From the NCBI GenBank assembly GCA_048885925.1, contig JBHLLG010000002.1, positions 1 to 64,000 on the forward strand: a DNA stretch of 64,000 bases, read 5' to 3'. The position numbers and the translations under genes were made by a program. This DNA is from Candidatus Hermodarchaeota archaeon (GTDB lineage: Archaea > Asgardarchaeota > Lokiarchaeia > Sigyniarchaeales > SOKP01). Within the stretch, counting starts at the first letter, position 1, and each line of letters starts with the position of its first letter. A model generated the notes under the pieces. The model worked only from the letters and a program-made list of their open reading frames with translations. It ran no database searches and was not told the origin of the DNA. Below, in pieces: positions 19,888 to 30,702 of this stretch.

Positions 19888-20136
19888 TTTCTCTAAACTT
19901 TTGAGTTTTATTGTAATTATACAAACTATCTTATAAAATAATATATTAAATTTATAAAAATTTAATTTAATCAATAAATATATTTAAAAAATTACGAAAT
20001 TAAAATTCTTAACTATATCATATAACTATAATTTTTTCTAGGAAAAAATGTATTTCCTGTTTGTGTTGTATGGAATTATGTCCTGAAAACGCTATAAAAT
20101 CAAGAAGTAGGGGGATTATAGGATTATTTGATTACT

Positions 20137-21552
20137 TTAATCTTTTTGTTTCATTAATTTTGAATAATTTTTTAAAAAATAATAATAAGATAATCTAGTA
20201 TTAATTATTGATTTATATTGAATAAATTCATTTGCAGAATGAGCAAATCCCCCAATTCCCAAACCTCCTGTTATGAAATCTAATCCTAAAATTTTCTGAA
20301 TTCTACTTAATGGAGCCGCTGCAGCGCTTAATGGCCAAATTTCAGTTGTAAATCCTAAAACCTCAGCACTTTTTACCAAACTCTTAACTAAGATTGAATC
20401 TGCTCTAATTCGTGAACTTTCATAACCTAAATTTTTCTTAATTTCAACTTCATTTTTAGTCATTTTAGAAAAATAATTAATCTTTTCATCAATCTCTTTC
20501 AATATATCTTCATTTGAAACATTATGAGCGAATCTAATGTCAATATTGCATATAGCTTGGTTAGGTACATAATTTTTTATGCCATTCTCTAAAAAGCCTG
20601 ATTTTAATGTTGAAATATTAAAAGTAGGTCTATAGAGATAATTAATAAATAGTTCTTGAGGGTCTTCTTCTATTGTTTGTTCAATTCCAGCTTTTTCTTT
20701 TAATTTATCAATATCAAATTCTTTCATAAGAATCTGGATAATAGATTTTTCTTCATTTGTTAATTTATATGAACGTTTCAGACTTTTTATATGAAATTCA
20801 TTATTTGAATATATTAGATTAAGGAAGGAAACTAAGTCAGACGCGGGATTAGGAATCATTCCACTGAAAGCAGAATGAGGTTCTTTATTTTTTGATGAAA
20901 TTTTAATTGTTAATGATAAAATTCCTCTATATCCTAGTTTTATAACGGATTTTTGATTTAAATCTTGTTTTGTTGAGGGATAATAAGCATCTATACAATT
21001 TTCGAATAATTTTCTGTTATTTGAATCTTCAAGGAATTTTAATAATGAAAGCGAACCTTTTTCCTCATCGCCATCAAATAAAAGAAGTAATGAAATCGGA
21101 AGCTTTTCTTCTTTTTTTAAAATTTTTACTATATTCAAAAAACAGACCAGGGGTGTTTTTGAATTGTAAGCTCCTCTGGCTATTATACAATGACCTAATT
21201 TATCGAGTGGTGGAGGAAGAGTCTTAACTTCAGCTCCAAATGGATTATTAATCCATTTGTTTTTTTCACTAATAGGTTGAGTATCGTACATCATATAAAT
21301 TAATAAAGCTTTCTTGATTTTTCCCTCCACTTCAGCAATTATTAAAGGATTTATTTCACCTTTATACTCATTTGTTTTTTTACTAAATTTAGAAATGTAT
21401 GAAATAAGATAATTTTTAGCTTGTATAATTCCTTCATAATTAAGAGTATGACATGGAATTCTTAAAAATGGTTTTAATTCATTTTCAATAAAATCTTCAT
21501 TTGAATTTTTTATTATATCAATAATTCTTGCTTCGGAATTCGCGTTAATCAT
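20137..21552 (-). CDS. M20/M25/M40 family metallohydrolase (degenerate metal site)
   Basis: YDTQP, ARGA, GDEEKGS, GYRG, AHSANE; the first His ligand is replaced by Met. Confidence 0.8.
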   Translation of the reverse strand: MINANSEARIIDIIKNSNEDFIENELKPFLRIPCHTLNYEGIIQAKNYLISYISKFSKKTNEYKGEINPLIIAEVEGKIKKALLIYMMYDTQPISEKNKWINNPFGAEVKTLPPPLDKLGHCIIARGAYNSKTPLVCFLNIVKILKKEEKLPISLLLLFDGDEEKGSLSLLKFLEDSNNRKLFENCIDAYYPSTKQDLNQKSVIKLGYRGILSLTIKISSKNKEPHSAFSGMIPNPASDLVSFLNLIYSNNEFHIKSLKRSYKLTNEEKSIIQILMKEFDIDKLKEKAGIEQTIEEDPQELFINYLYRPTFNISTLKSGFLENGIKNYVPNQAICNIDIRFAHNVSNEDILKEIDEKINYFSKMTKNEVEIKKNLGYESSRIRADSILVKSLVKSAEVLGFTTEIWPLSAAAAPLSRIQKILGLDFITGGLGIGGFAHSANEFIQYKSIINTRLSYYYFLKNYSKLMKQKD

Positions 21553-21620
21553 ATATAATATATTAATTAAATAGTTTTAATTAATTGTCCATATTTATAA
21601 AAACTGAAATATATAATTTA

Positions 21621-22019
21621 ATGAATTATATGAATGATTCTGATTTACAAAAAGTTGATGGATTATACCAATATCTTGATGATATAAAAAATCAAAGTAA
21701 CTTAGAAGGAATTATTTTTGCTCATCGGGATGGAGGGCTCATAATTGAGAATTTAAAGAATGAATTTGATAGTAAGAGTTTTACTTCTATGTGTGCTTCT
21801 GTGTTAGAAAGTGCAGTAGGGATTGGTGAAACAATTGGTGAACAAGAGATTAATAAAATAATTGCTGAAGTAGCAGAAAAAACAATTCTTATTTTTAAAT
21901 GTGATAATAAAACATTTTTAATTATGATTGTAAATAGAGAGTCTAATGCTAATCTAATATTCGAAACATTTAATGAAATAATTCATAAAGTTGTTAAAAT
22001 GCATTCATTTTTAATTTAG
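21621..22019 (+). CDS. Roadblock/LC7 domain protein
   Basis: LEGIIFAHRDGGLI...FTSMCASVLESAVGIG; start uncertain. Confidence 0.8.
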   Translation: MNYMNDSDLQKVDGLYQYLDDIKNQSNLEGIIFAHRDGGLIIENLKNEFDSKSFTSMCASVLESAVGIGETIGEQEINKIIAEVAEKTILIFKCDNKTFLIMIVNRESNANLIFETFNEIIHKVVKMHSFLI

Positions 22020-22021
22020 AG

Positions 22022-23692
22022 CTATAAATTATTCATCCAATCTGGATCAATTTGGTTCAAAGCATTCTCTATTTCTTTTCTTACGTCCCAGTTATCATCT
22101 CCTAAAGCCTCAATTAGAGAACTAATAGCATCTTTATTTCCAATCTCACCCAATGCTTTAGCTGCAGATATTCGAATTTTATCATCTTTTTCTTTTAATA
22201 ATTGAGTAAAAGGTTCAATATTGTCAATATTTTTAAGTTTTCCTAATGCCATAGCAGCCCAACTTTTAATATATACATCATCATCATTTAAACACGTAAT
22301 AAGAGAGTTTAATGATTCATTATTCCCACTACTTAAAAATAATCTAACTGCAGATCTACGGAACTTCCAATTAGAGCTATTTAATAATTCCTTTGCAAAA
22401 TTTATAATTTTATCACTTTCAAATTTAGCTAAAGCATCTACAGCTGCTTTTCTTACACTTCCATTTTCATCTTCAATTAGATTAATAAGAATATTAATAA
22501 TACTAGAATCTCTGATCTCACCTAATATTTTTGTACAATACATTCTAATCTGCCAAGATTTATCGGATAATGCGGTTAAAATTTTATCATTAAGTTTATT
22601 ATCTAATATTTTTAATAGAGATTTATATGCAGATCTTCTTATGCTAGCTACTTTACTATTAAGAGTTGGTATTAGGATGTCAATCGCATTATAATCCCTT
22701 AATATACCCAATAATTTTATTGCTGCTTTTCTTGCATTAATATTTCTTCCTTTTGCGACTTCATAGAGAACTTCATAAGATTTAGTTTTGCTAAGAATTT
22801 TGTTAAGAGCGTTTTTAGCAAGATTTCTGATTTTTAAATCATTTTCTTTTAGCAACTCTAAAAGAGGTTTAATTGATCTTTTACTTTCAAGAGTTCCCAA
22901 AATACGAATTACTTCTTTTTTTACCTCAATATTCTTATCTTCTAACAATTCTAAAATATATCTTATATTTTTTAATTCAATTATGTGTTCCAATGCATAT
23001 ACTGAATTTTTTCGTATTATAGGATTTTGATCTTTTAAGAATTCAATTAAAATTTTTTCACTTTCTTTGCTACCTATTTTACCAAGGATTATAGGTAATT
23101 CTCGCTTTATGTTAGGATCATCTGTATTAATATATTCATGAATAAGGTGTAAATTTCCTTTTCTACCAATATTTACAATAGCTTTAATTAGAGAGTCATA
23201 AATCTCAACATTTCTGAAATGGAGCATCTCAATTAAAGGTTTTAATGCTTCAATTATAAGCCCTTTTCCTAATAGTTTTATTGCTTCTTTTTTAGCATCA
23301 AAATCAGAATCGTTTAATGCATCAATAAGGAATTGCTTTGAATTAATTAGATCTTTTTGTCCAACTTTTTCAATAAGATATTTTCTTACTGTTCCGTCTT
23401 TACAATTTTTGTATTGTTCTTTTAAGAAGACAAAACCTTCTTTTTGATAATTATCTGTCAATATCTCGATTAATTTTAACCTTATTTGAGGATAATGATC
23501 GTTTTGGAAAATTGTTTTTATATCTTGAAAATATTTATTTCCAATATTGTCATATTGATTTAAAAGATCAGCTGCTTTTACTTTAATTTCCACATTTGTT
23601 GAGGTAGTTAATATAGAAAAAAGCATGTCAATTGCTTCATTTTGTTCCATTCCTTTGATCTTTTCGGCTAATTGTTCACTATCAAGACTCAA
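22022..23692 (-). CDS. HEAT-repeat (PBS lyase-type) protein
   Basis: About 15 repeats of the L.D....VR..A..ALG.IG type. Confidence 0.9.
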   Translation of the reverse strand: MSLDSEQLAEKIKGMEQNEAIDMLFSILTTSTNVEIKVKAADLLNQYDNIGNKYFQDIKTIFQNDHYPQIRLKLIEILTDNYQKEGFVFLKEQYKNCKDGTVRKYLIEKVGQKDLINSKQFLIDALNDSDFDAKKEAIKLLGKGLIIEALKPLIEMLHFRNVEIYDSLIKAIVNIGRKGNLHLIHEYINTDDPNIKRELPIILGKIGSKESEKILIEFLKDQNPIIRKNSVYALEHIIELKNIRYILELLEDKNIEVKKEVIRILGTLESKRSIKPLLELLKENDLKIRNLAKNALNKILSKTKSYEVLYEVAKGRNINARKAAIKLLGILRDYNAIDILIPTLNSKVASIRRSAYKSLLKILDNKLNDKILTALSDKSWQIRMYCTKILGEIRDSSIINILINLIEDENGSVRKAAVDALAKFESDKIINFAKELLNSSNWKFRRSAVRLFLSSGNNESLNSLITCLNDDDVYIKSWAAMALGKLKNIDNIEPFTQLLKEKDDKIRISAAKALGEIGNKDAISSLIEALGDDNWDVRKEIENALNQIDPDWMNNL

Positions 23693-23901
23693 TTTTAAAA
23701 CCTTATTATTTATAGAATGAATAAAAAGTAAAGAAAAATCAAAAATCTCTGAAATAATAAAAAAAAATGGAGTTATTTATTTTTATTCATTTAAAAAAAG
23801 TGGAATAATGTATTTTTATAAATTTTGAATTATTATGAAGAAAAAAATTATTTCCATCATGGATTTAGTTTAAAATAAATCAAAGAATATTAAAAATTGA
23901 C

Positions 23902-24744
23902 ATGCTAAACTTTAGTATTAGAAAACCAACTAATAAAGAAATTATCGATTGTATAAATGTATTATATTCATCTTTTAGAAGACCTTCGCCAGAAGATATT
24001 AAAGAAGAAGAAAGAATATGGAAAGCTTTAATTGAAAATAAAATTGGAGAGTTTCTTATTTCTGAAGATGATAGGAAAATCTTCGGCATTGGTGGTGTCT
24101 TTTTATTTGGAAAAGTTAGTAGTTTTGGTTATATGGCTGTGTTACCAGATTACAGAGGTAAAGGAGTAGGAACAGAGATTTTTAGGAATTTGTTAAAAAT
24201 TGCAAAGGATAAGAATTGTGAATCAATGATTCTTTATGCATCAGAATTAGGAAAACCAATTTATGAGAAGTTTGGTTTTAAGAGTAGGTTTTATGGAATA
24301 ATGTGCCAATTACCAATGCATATACAAGAGTTTAGATTTCAAAATAAGGATGTAAAAGTTATAGAAAATCTTCCAGAATGGTTATTAACTCTTGATGAAA
24401 ATACAATGGGATTTAATCGAAAAAGGTATTTAAACTTGAAAGTTGAGTTGGGAGCTAAGATTTTAGTTGTAGAGAATGAAGGGTATGGATTATTGGTAAA
24501 TAAGCGATTGGGACCTTTAATAGCAGTAAATCAGGATTCTGCTTTAAGGATTATTAAGGCAAGTATAGATTTAGGCGCAAATCATCTTATTATTGCGAAC
24601 CATAAACATTTCCCAAAAAGAATTATTAAATCAATGAACTTAATAAAAAATGAAGATACTTCTAGCGTAAAGATGGTATATGGAAAAGAACTCTCAGAAA
24701 ATTTAGATTTATTATATTGTATTGGTACTTACGCGAAAGGTTAA
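23902..24744 (+). CDS. GNAT family N-acetyltransferase
   Basis: MAVLPDYRGKGVG...ASELGKPIYEKFGF. Confidence 0.88.
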   Translation: MLNFSIRKPTNKEIIDCINVLYSSFRRPSPEDIKEEERIWKALIENKIGEFLISEDDRKIFGIGGVFLFGKVSSFGYMAVLPDYRGKGVGTEIFRNLLKIAKDKNCESMILYASELGKPIYEKFGFKSRFYGIMCQLPMHIQEFRFQNKDVKVIENLPEWLLTLDENTMGFNRKRYLNLKVELGAKILVVENEGYGLLVNKRLGPLIAVNQDSALRIIKASIDLGANHLIIANHKHFPKRIIKSMNLIKNEDTSSVKMVYGKELSENLDLLYCIGTYAKG

Positions 24745-24950
24745 TCCTGCTCAAGTGAATGTATTTTTTATAAACAATAAAATACTATGAATATAAGTTC
24801 CAGATTCTAATGCTTTAAAGATTAGAGTTATAAAAATATAAAATATTATTTGTTGAGTTGCCTTTTTATTAATTATTCATAGAACTTAATATTAGATATT
24901 CAAGTATGAAATTCATTAGAAAATCTATTATAATAAATATATAGGGTTAT

Positions 24951-26843
24951 TTGAAGAAAGTGAAAAGCAATAAACCATCTCAAAATTTAGGTAATATTGA
25001 TAAACTGATTTTAAATAGTATTACATTAGTAAAAGCGAGAGAATTTAACAAAGCTTTATCAATACTTGACGATTTATTAAAGGAGAAAGCAATCCAGATG
25101 AATTTAATCCAAGAATTTGGTGTGAGAATAGCAAAATTAGTATCTCTAATGGCCTTAAAAAAATATGAACAAGTTAATCAAGAAATTAAACTTTCTGAAG
25201 AAATTATAAACCAAATGGATGAAAAAGTTAAAGAGAATTCCCTAGTAAAGGATGGAATTGGTAGATTATTTTCTATAAAAGGTGGTTTTTATTCTATTCA
25301 AGGGGATCTTGAAAATGCTATAGTTAATTTAAATCATAGCATAGCAGTTTATGAAGCTTTGAACGATAAAAAATCTATATTTTATCAGCTTGAAGCACTA
25401 GGTTGGGTTAAACGAGCTCAAGGCAAATTGGATGAAGCTTTAATTTATTTCCATAAAATGTTAGATCTTGCCAAAGAAATTTCTAGCGAAAGACACATCG
25501 CACGAGCAGAATTCTCAGTAGCATTTACTAATTTTTATAAAGGAGATTTAGATCAAGCAACCGAATATGCCCAACAATGTTTAGTTCTTTATAAAAAGTT
25601 AAATCATTTTAGAGGGCTTTTATCTGTATATTCTACTTTTGGATCAATTTATCGTGGAAAGGGTGAATTTGAAAAAAGTTTAGAATGTTATCATAAAGTA
25701 TTAACTATTCACAATAAAAATTTAAATATTCAACAAGGCGTATCGCATTTTTATTGTTATGCTCATAGAAATATTGGGTGGATATACTATTATAAAAATA
25801 AAATAGAAAAATCAATTGAATACCTAAGAGAAGCAGCAAAAGCACATAGAACTTTATGTGAATCGAATAATACTATCTTTGATTACGATCTGATAATAAT
25901 TTACTTATTATTGGTACAATCTGCCATTGAAGCTAAAGATTTTAATCAAATTGAGGATTCAATGAAGGAGATTTCAGAATTTGCAAGTAAGTGGCCTTGG
26001 ATAAATTTCTTTAAGAGATTTGGGGAAGCTATTATATTAAAAAGTAAACAAAGAGCGAAATATCGATTTCAAGCTCAACAAATTTTTGAAGAAATACTTG
26101 AAACAAAATTTGATTATCAAATAGAATTTATGATCCGGACAAATCTCTGCGATCTTTTACTAGATGAGTTAAAATATTCTGGAGACGAAGAGATATTGTC
26201 AGAAATTCAAGATTTACTTAATAAGATTTCTGATATCGCTACAAAGCAACGTTCTATTACCACTTTAATTGATGCTTATTCTCTCCAAGCAAAATTGGCT
26301 TTAATTGAGGGAAATGCTGAACTTTCAAGGAAATTATTAACTAATGCTCTCAAAATTGCTGAAAATAAAGGATTAGAGTTATTAACAAAAAAATTAATAA
26401 TTCAGCAAAATCAACTTTTCAATCAATTAGAGGAATGGAGAGCGTTATTTATTCGTAATTCCAAACTACAAGAAAGAATTGAGTTTTTAAATTTAAAAAG
26501 ATATGTAACAAAAGCAATAAATGAGGTTCTAGAGAAGAAATTTACACCTCAAATGGTAGAAGAAAAAGTTACAGTTCATAAAGAGATAAAAAGTTGTTTA
26601 GTTTGCAAAGGTGAAGTTGAACGGTTTAATATTTATATATGCCCAAAATGCAATTCGATCTATTGCAATAATTGTGCCCAAACTTTAACTAATTTAGAAA
26701 ACGCATGTTGGGTGTGCAACGCGCCAATAGATGCCTTAAAACCCATAATACCTATTAAGAAAGAAGGACAAGAACTAAATATTAAAATCTCAAAAAAGCC
26801 TGAGAAACCATCCAAAAAAGATAAAAGTTTATCTAAGGAGTAA
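24951..26843 (+). CDS. TPR-repeat protein with C-terminal C4C4 zinc finger
   Basis: Repeated G..Y...G....A....... TPR units; terminal CxxC-x11-CxxC-x4-CxxC-x10-CxxC. Confidence 0.85.
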   Translation: MKKVKSNKPSQNLGNIDKLILNSITLVKAREFNKALSILDDLLKEKAIQMNLIQEFGVRIAKLVSLMALKKYEQVNQEIKLSEEIINQMDEKVKENSLVKDGIGRLFSIKGGFYSIQGDLENAIVNLNHSIAVYEALNDKKSIFYQLEALGWVKRAQGKLDEALIYFHKMLDLAKEISSERHIARAEFSVAFTNFYKGDLDQATEYAQQCLVLYKKLNHFRGLLSVYSTFGSIYRGKGEFEKSLECYHKVLTIHNKNLNIQQGVSHFYCYAHRNIGWIYYYKNKIEKSIEYLREAAKAHRTLCESNNTIFDYDLIIIYLLLVQSAIEAKDFNQIEDSMKEISEFASKWPWINFFKRFGEAIILKSKQRAKYRFQAQQIFEEILETKFDYQIEFMIRTNLCDLLLDELKYSGDEEILSEIQDLLNKISDIATKQRSITTLIDAYSLQAKLALIEGNAELSRKLLTNALKIAENKGLELLTKKLIIQQNQLFNQLEEWRALFIRNSKLQERIEFLNLKRYVTKAINEVLEKKFTPQMVEEKVTVHKEIKSCLVCKGEVERFNIYICPKCNSIYCNNCAQTLTNLENACWVCNAPIDALKPIIPIKKEGQELNIKISKKPEKPSKKDKSLSKE

Positions 26844-27087
26844 TTCTTCTTTAAGAATTTATAAATACATATTAGAAAAATTCGGTTGACAAAACTAAAT
26901 CAATTTATTGTCGAATAAACATTCTAATAATTTAGATTAATTAACTAATTTTCCATTTTTTTATAATTAAAAATAGAAATTTACTGACCAAATTGTAGAA
27001 ATATATTGAAATGAAACAAAAACTAAAAATTTAAGAAAAGATGAAGTTAAAAAAAAACAATTAAAAAATGAAAAGAAAATATATAAT

Positions 27088-28101
27088 GTGAAAGTTATGG
27101 CTGAAGTTGAAATATGGCAACTTTATCGCAGTATGTTGCATAGTCGCTTTTTTGAGAATGCTGTACAGGAATTATGGGAAAAAGGAAAGATTTCAGGTGA
27201 AATGCATCTTGGAACTGGAGAGGAAGCAATTATAGCTGGTATAATTTCACAATTAGAACAAGGAGATGCTATAGCAGTTGATCATCGAAGTACAATCCCA
27301 TTTTTAATGCGAGGTATAGATCCAACTTTATTATTATTAGAATTTTTAGGGCATCCTAAAGGGCTCTGTTCTGGACAAGGAGGTCATATGCATCTTTTTT
27401 CAAAAGAACATTTAATCGCATCTTCAGGCATAGTGGGTTCATCAGGTCCGGCAGCTACAGGTTTTGGTTTAGCCTTAAAACAGAAAAAACAGAACAATAT
27501 TGCTGTTGCATTCTTTGGAGAGGGGGCAATTAATCAAGGTATGATGCTTGAATCATTGAATTTGGCATCTGTTTGGAGTTTACCTGTTCTATTCGTTTGT
27601 AAAGATAACGGTTGGGCTGTTTCTACAATTACAGATGATGTTACAGGAGGAAATTTAATAGAAAGAGCAAAAGGCTTTGGAATTGAGGGATATGAAGTTG
27701 ACGGTACGGATGTAGAGGCGGTTTGGAAAGTAGCAAACGAAGTGATATCAAAAATCCGTAGCGATAATGGACCTCAATTTATTCATGCAAGCTGTGTTCA
27801 TACAGAAGGTCATTTCCTTGGAGACCCTCTACTCAGATATCAGCGAAATCCAAATTTATTAGCTGAAGTTGTCGAACCTCTCAAAGAATACCCAGGTAAA
27901 AGTCTAGATGAGATTCTTCTGCTTTTTCGGAAAATTGGTGGTCAAACAAAGAAAAAAACAGATCCAATAGTTATTATTCAGAAAAAATTAAAAAGCGACC
28001 CAGATCGTCTTAAACAAATAGAAGAAGAGGTAGTACGCGAAATAGAGCAATCAATTAATAAAACATTAGAAATTTTCGAAGGAGGGATGAAAAATGCCTA
28101 A
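27088..28101 (+). CDS. TPP-dependent 2-oxoacid dehydrogenase E1 alpha subunit (second copy)
   Basis: HLGTGEEA, GQGGHMH, FFGEGAINQG...KDN, EGHFLGD. Confidence 0.9.
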   Translation: MKVMAEVEIWQLYRSMLHSRFFENAVQELWEKGKISGEMHLGTGEEAIIAGIISQLEQGDAIAVDHRSTIPFLMRGIDPTLLLLEFLGHPKGLCSGQGGHMHLFSKEHLIASSGIVGSSGPAATGFGLALKQKKQNNIAVAFFGEGAINQGMMLESLNLASVWSLPVLFVCKDNGWAVSTITDDVTGGNLIERAKGFGIEGYEVDGTDVEAVWKVANEVISKIRSDNGPQFIHASCVHTEGHFLGDPLLRYQRNPNLLAEVVEPLKEYPGKSLDEILLLFRKIGGQTKKKTDPIVIIQKKLKSDPDRLKQIEEEVVREIEQSINKTLEIFEGGMKNA

Positions 28102-29107
28102 ACTAGGATTCGCCCAAGCAATTGAAAGTGCCATAATTAAAGCTATGGAAGAAGATGAAAATATTATTATTTTGGGAGAAGATGTACATGGATTGCGACC
28201 AACTCTTTTTGCCCGTTTTGGTAAAAAGAGGGTTATGCCTACACCTATAAGTGAGAGTGCTTTTGTTGGTGCTGCAGTTACAGCTGCAATGGCAGGATTA
28301 CGTCCTATTGTAGAAATAATGTTAGTAGATTTCATTGGTGTAACAATGGATGCCATCTTGAATCATGCAGCGAAAATATTTTACTTTTCTGGAAATAAAT
28401 GGAACGTTCCTCTTGTTATAAGAACAGCATGTGGTGGTGGTTATGGTGATGCTGGACAACATGAACAGAGTCTATGGGGATGGCTAGCTCATATACCAGG
28501 ACTAAATATTGTTGTTCCATCTAATCCAGCCGATGCGGGTGGGTTGATGCTCTCATCTATATATGAAAATAATCCAGTGATTTATTTTGAACACAAATTA
28601 CTGTCAGATTACTGGTTAGATTTCATGGGGAGTGGTGGAAGAACAACAGTTTCTTTTGATGTTCCGGAAAAAGGGCTAGAAGGAGAAGTACCTGATAAAT
28701 GGGCACCAATTCCTTTAGGTAAACTGAATCGAATGAGAGAAGGAAGTGATATCACATTAGTTAGTGTTGGTGTTGGTGTTCATCGCTCCATTGAAACTGC
28801 TAACCTCTTGGAAGGAAAAGGTATTTCAGCTGAAGTGTTGGATCTAAGGTGCGTAACTCCTCTAGATGTAGAAGGATTGAAAAGTTCTGTAGGTAAAACA
28901 GGAGCCCTCCTAGTGGTTGATGAAGATTACAAGAATTTCGGCCTTTCAGGTGAAATATCAGCATTGCTTTTAGAAAATGAAATGTCATTCAAATTTGGTC
29001 GTGTTTGTACTGAAACTACCATCCCTTATTCAAGAGAATTAGAAGACCAAGTTCTGCCGAATACAAAAAGGATTGTAAATGAAGCTCTTAAAGTTCTAAA
29101 GATATGA
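28094..29107 (+). CDS. 2-oxoacid dehydrogenase E1 beta subunit (second copy)
   Basis: GEDV, PTPISE, GLRPIVEIMLVDF, GQHEQS, EVLDLR. Confidence 0.9.
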   Translation: MPKLGFAQAIESAIIKAMEEDENIIILGEDVHGLRPTLFARFGKKRVMPTPISESAFVGAAVTAAMAGLRPIVEIMLVDFIGVTMDAILNHAAKIFYFSGNKWNVPLVIRTACGGGYGDAGQHEQSLWGWLAHIPGLNIVVPSNPADAGGLMLSSIYENNPVIYFEHKLLSDYWLDFMGSGGRTTVSFDVPEKGLEGEVPDKWAPIPLGKLNRMREGSDITLVSVGVGVHRSIETANLLEGKGISAEVLDLRCVTPLDVEGLKSSVGKTGALLVVDEDYKNFGLSGEISALLLENEMSFKFGRVCTETTIPYSRELEDQVLPNTKRIVNEALKVLKI

Positions 29108-29130
29108 AGGATTTTAAAAGTATAATTAAA

Positions 29131-30522
29131 TTAATCTTTTTTCTTAATTTTAACGATTTTATTTGAAATGATAATTGTACTCACTATAGTTACTACTGTT
29201 ATAATTATAAGTGAAAATCCATCTATTTTAAATCCATTTTTTTCAAACTCTTCAAAATTTAAAATAGCATTGCCTTGGAAACTTCCCTCAACCGCAGCGA
29301 TTCCCCCATCAAATAACATTATATCTGGAGTACCATTACCATTAATATCTGGAACAACATACATCTCTTCAGCACCCTGGAAATATGTTCCAATAATCGA
29401 AATTAATTGAGAACCATTATTTCCTGAAAAAACTTCATGGGGGTAAAAATCTCCATAAATTCCATAGTCATCGTATCCATCAGCATTCACATCACCACAA
29501 TATATTACTCCATGCATATAATTTAATAGGGTTTGAGCAGTATGATTGCGTATTAAAGTTCCATCCATTCCTGAACAAACTCCGACTTTATCACCTATAG
29601 GGTATAAACCACCAAAATCTCCAAATCCATCATTATTTATATCTCCCACATAATGCAATGAATGCATATTTAATAAATTCGACCAGATAATTGTATTATC
29701 AGATGCATTTATTAAAGTAATTCCAGCTCCTGTATTAGTTATAATTGCATCAGAGCCAAAACCAGCACCGTTTGGTATGACATCGAGCCCCCATCCAACT
29801 CCAGATCTATTCCAGACTTCGATACCATTATGTGTTAATACTTGTAAAAAACCTGAAATTATTAAAATATGCTGTGTTGAATTTATGTTTATAGATCGAA
29901 TACCGTTTGAAACTTGTGAAAGCTCAAATTCCCAAATCACCGATGCATTTATACTTTCAATACACTGAACAATAGCTTTTGGAGTAAAATTTATCCCTGT
30001 AATGACATAATCATGAACACCATTACTATTTACATCGTGATCTAAACCGAATCCACAATCAATAATTGGCCAATAAAATCCATATCTTCTATTTTCTTCA
30101 TCGGGACTATCTAATGCAACTCCATTCTGCCCATTAAGTAGATAATGATTATTCCAAACAGCTTCAAATACTAACTGTTCCGTAATACCATCTCCATTTG
30201 CATCAATTCCAGAATCGCAACCCCAAAGAACTTCATGATGTAATCCCCATTGACTCCATATCTCTTTTGGACCCCCATGTGCAGGATTTACATCAAGAGC
30301 TTTCGTATAAATAGCACCACATATACCTATTTCGCGCCATCCATCACCATTAATATCATCCATAACCCAGGCTCCCCATGTTCTTCCCTCTATTTCCTTA
30401 TATGCAAATAAGACACCTGTATTTGTTGCTGTTATACCAATTGGTGTATAAGTAAGTAAAAGAGAAATAGGTATAAATAATAAAAGGAGAATTACTAGAG
30501 ATTGTTTTACTTTTAAATTCAT
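29131..30522 (-). CDS. Secreted FG-GAP/beta-propeller surface protein with C-terminal membrane anchor
   Basis: Signal peptide; repeated DINGDG/DANGDG/DVNSNG/DINNDG/DVNADG/DINGNG Ca-binding loops; ends IDGF + TM + basic tail. Confidence 0.8.
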   Translation of the reverse strand: MNLKVKQSLVILLLLFIPISLLLTYTPIGITATNTGVLFAYKEIEGRTWGAWVMDDINGDGWREIGICGAIYTKALDVNPAHGGPKEIWSQWGLHHEVLWGCDSGIDANGDGITEQLVFEAVWNNHYLLNGQNGVALDSPDEENRRYGFYWPIIDCGFGLDHDVNSNGVHDYVITGINFTPKAIVQCIESINASVIWEFELSQVSNGIRSININSTQHILIISGFLQVLTHNGIEVWNRSGVGWGLDVIPNGAGFGSDAIITNTGAGITLINASDNTIIWSNLLNMHSLHYVGDINNDGFGDFGGLYPIGDKVGVCSGMDGTLIRNHTAQTLLNYMHGVIYCGDVNADGYDDYGIYGDFYPHEVFSGNNGSQLISIIGTYFQGAEEMYVVPDINGNGTPDIMLFDGGIAAVEGSFQGNAILNFEEFEKNGFKIDGFSLIIITVVTIVSTIIISNKIVKIKKKD

Positions 30523-30702
30523 ATTTAATATTATTTCTTTTTTAGATATTTAAGCATTTTGCACTATTTTTGCTAACAATCTTAAATTTAACGTGGATTT
30601 ATTAATTTTTTTAACAGGTACCTTAAAAAGAATTTAAAAGTTTACAGTTCGCTTTATTTTAGATATAGCGAGACTATTTTAGAAAAAATTAATAAAAAAA
30701 AT

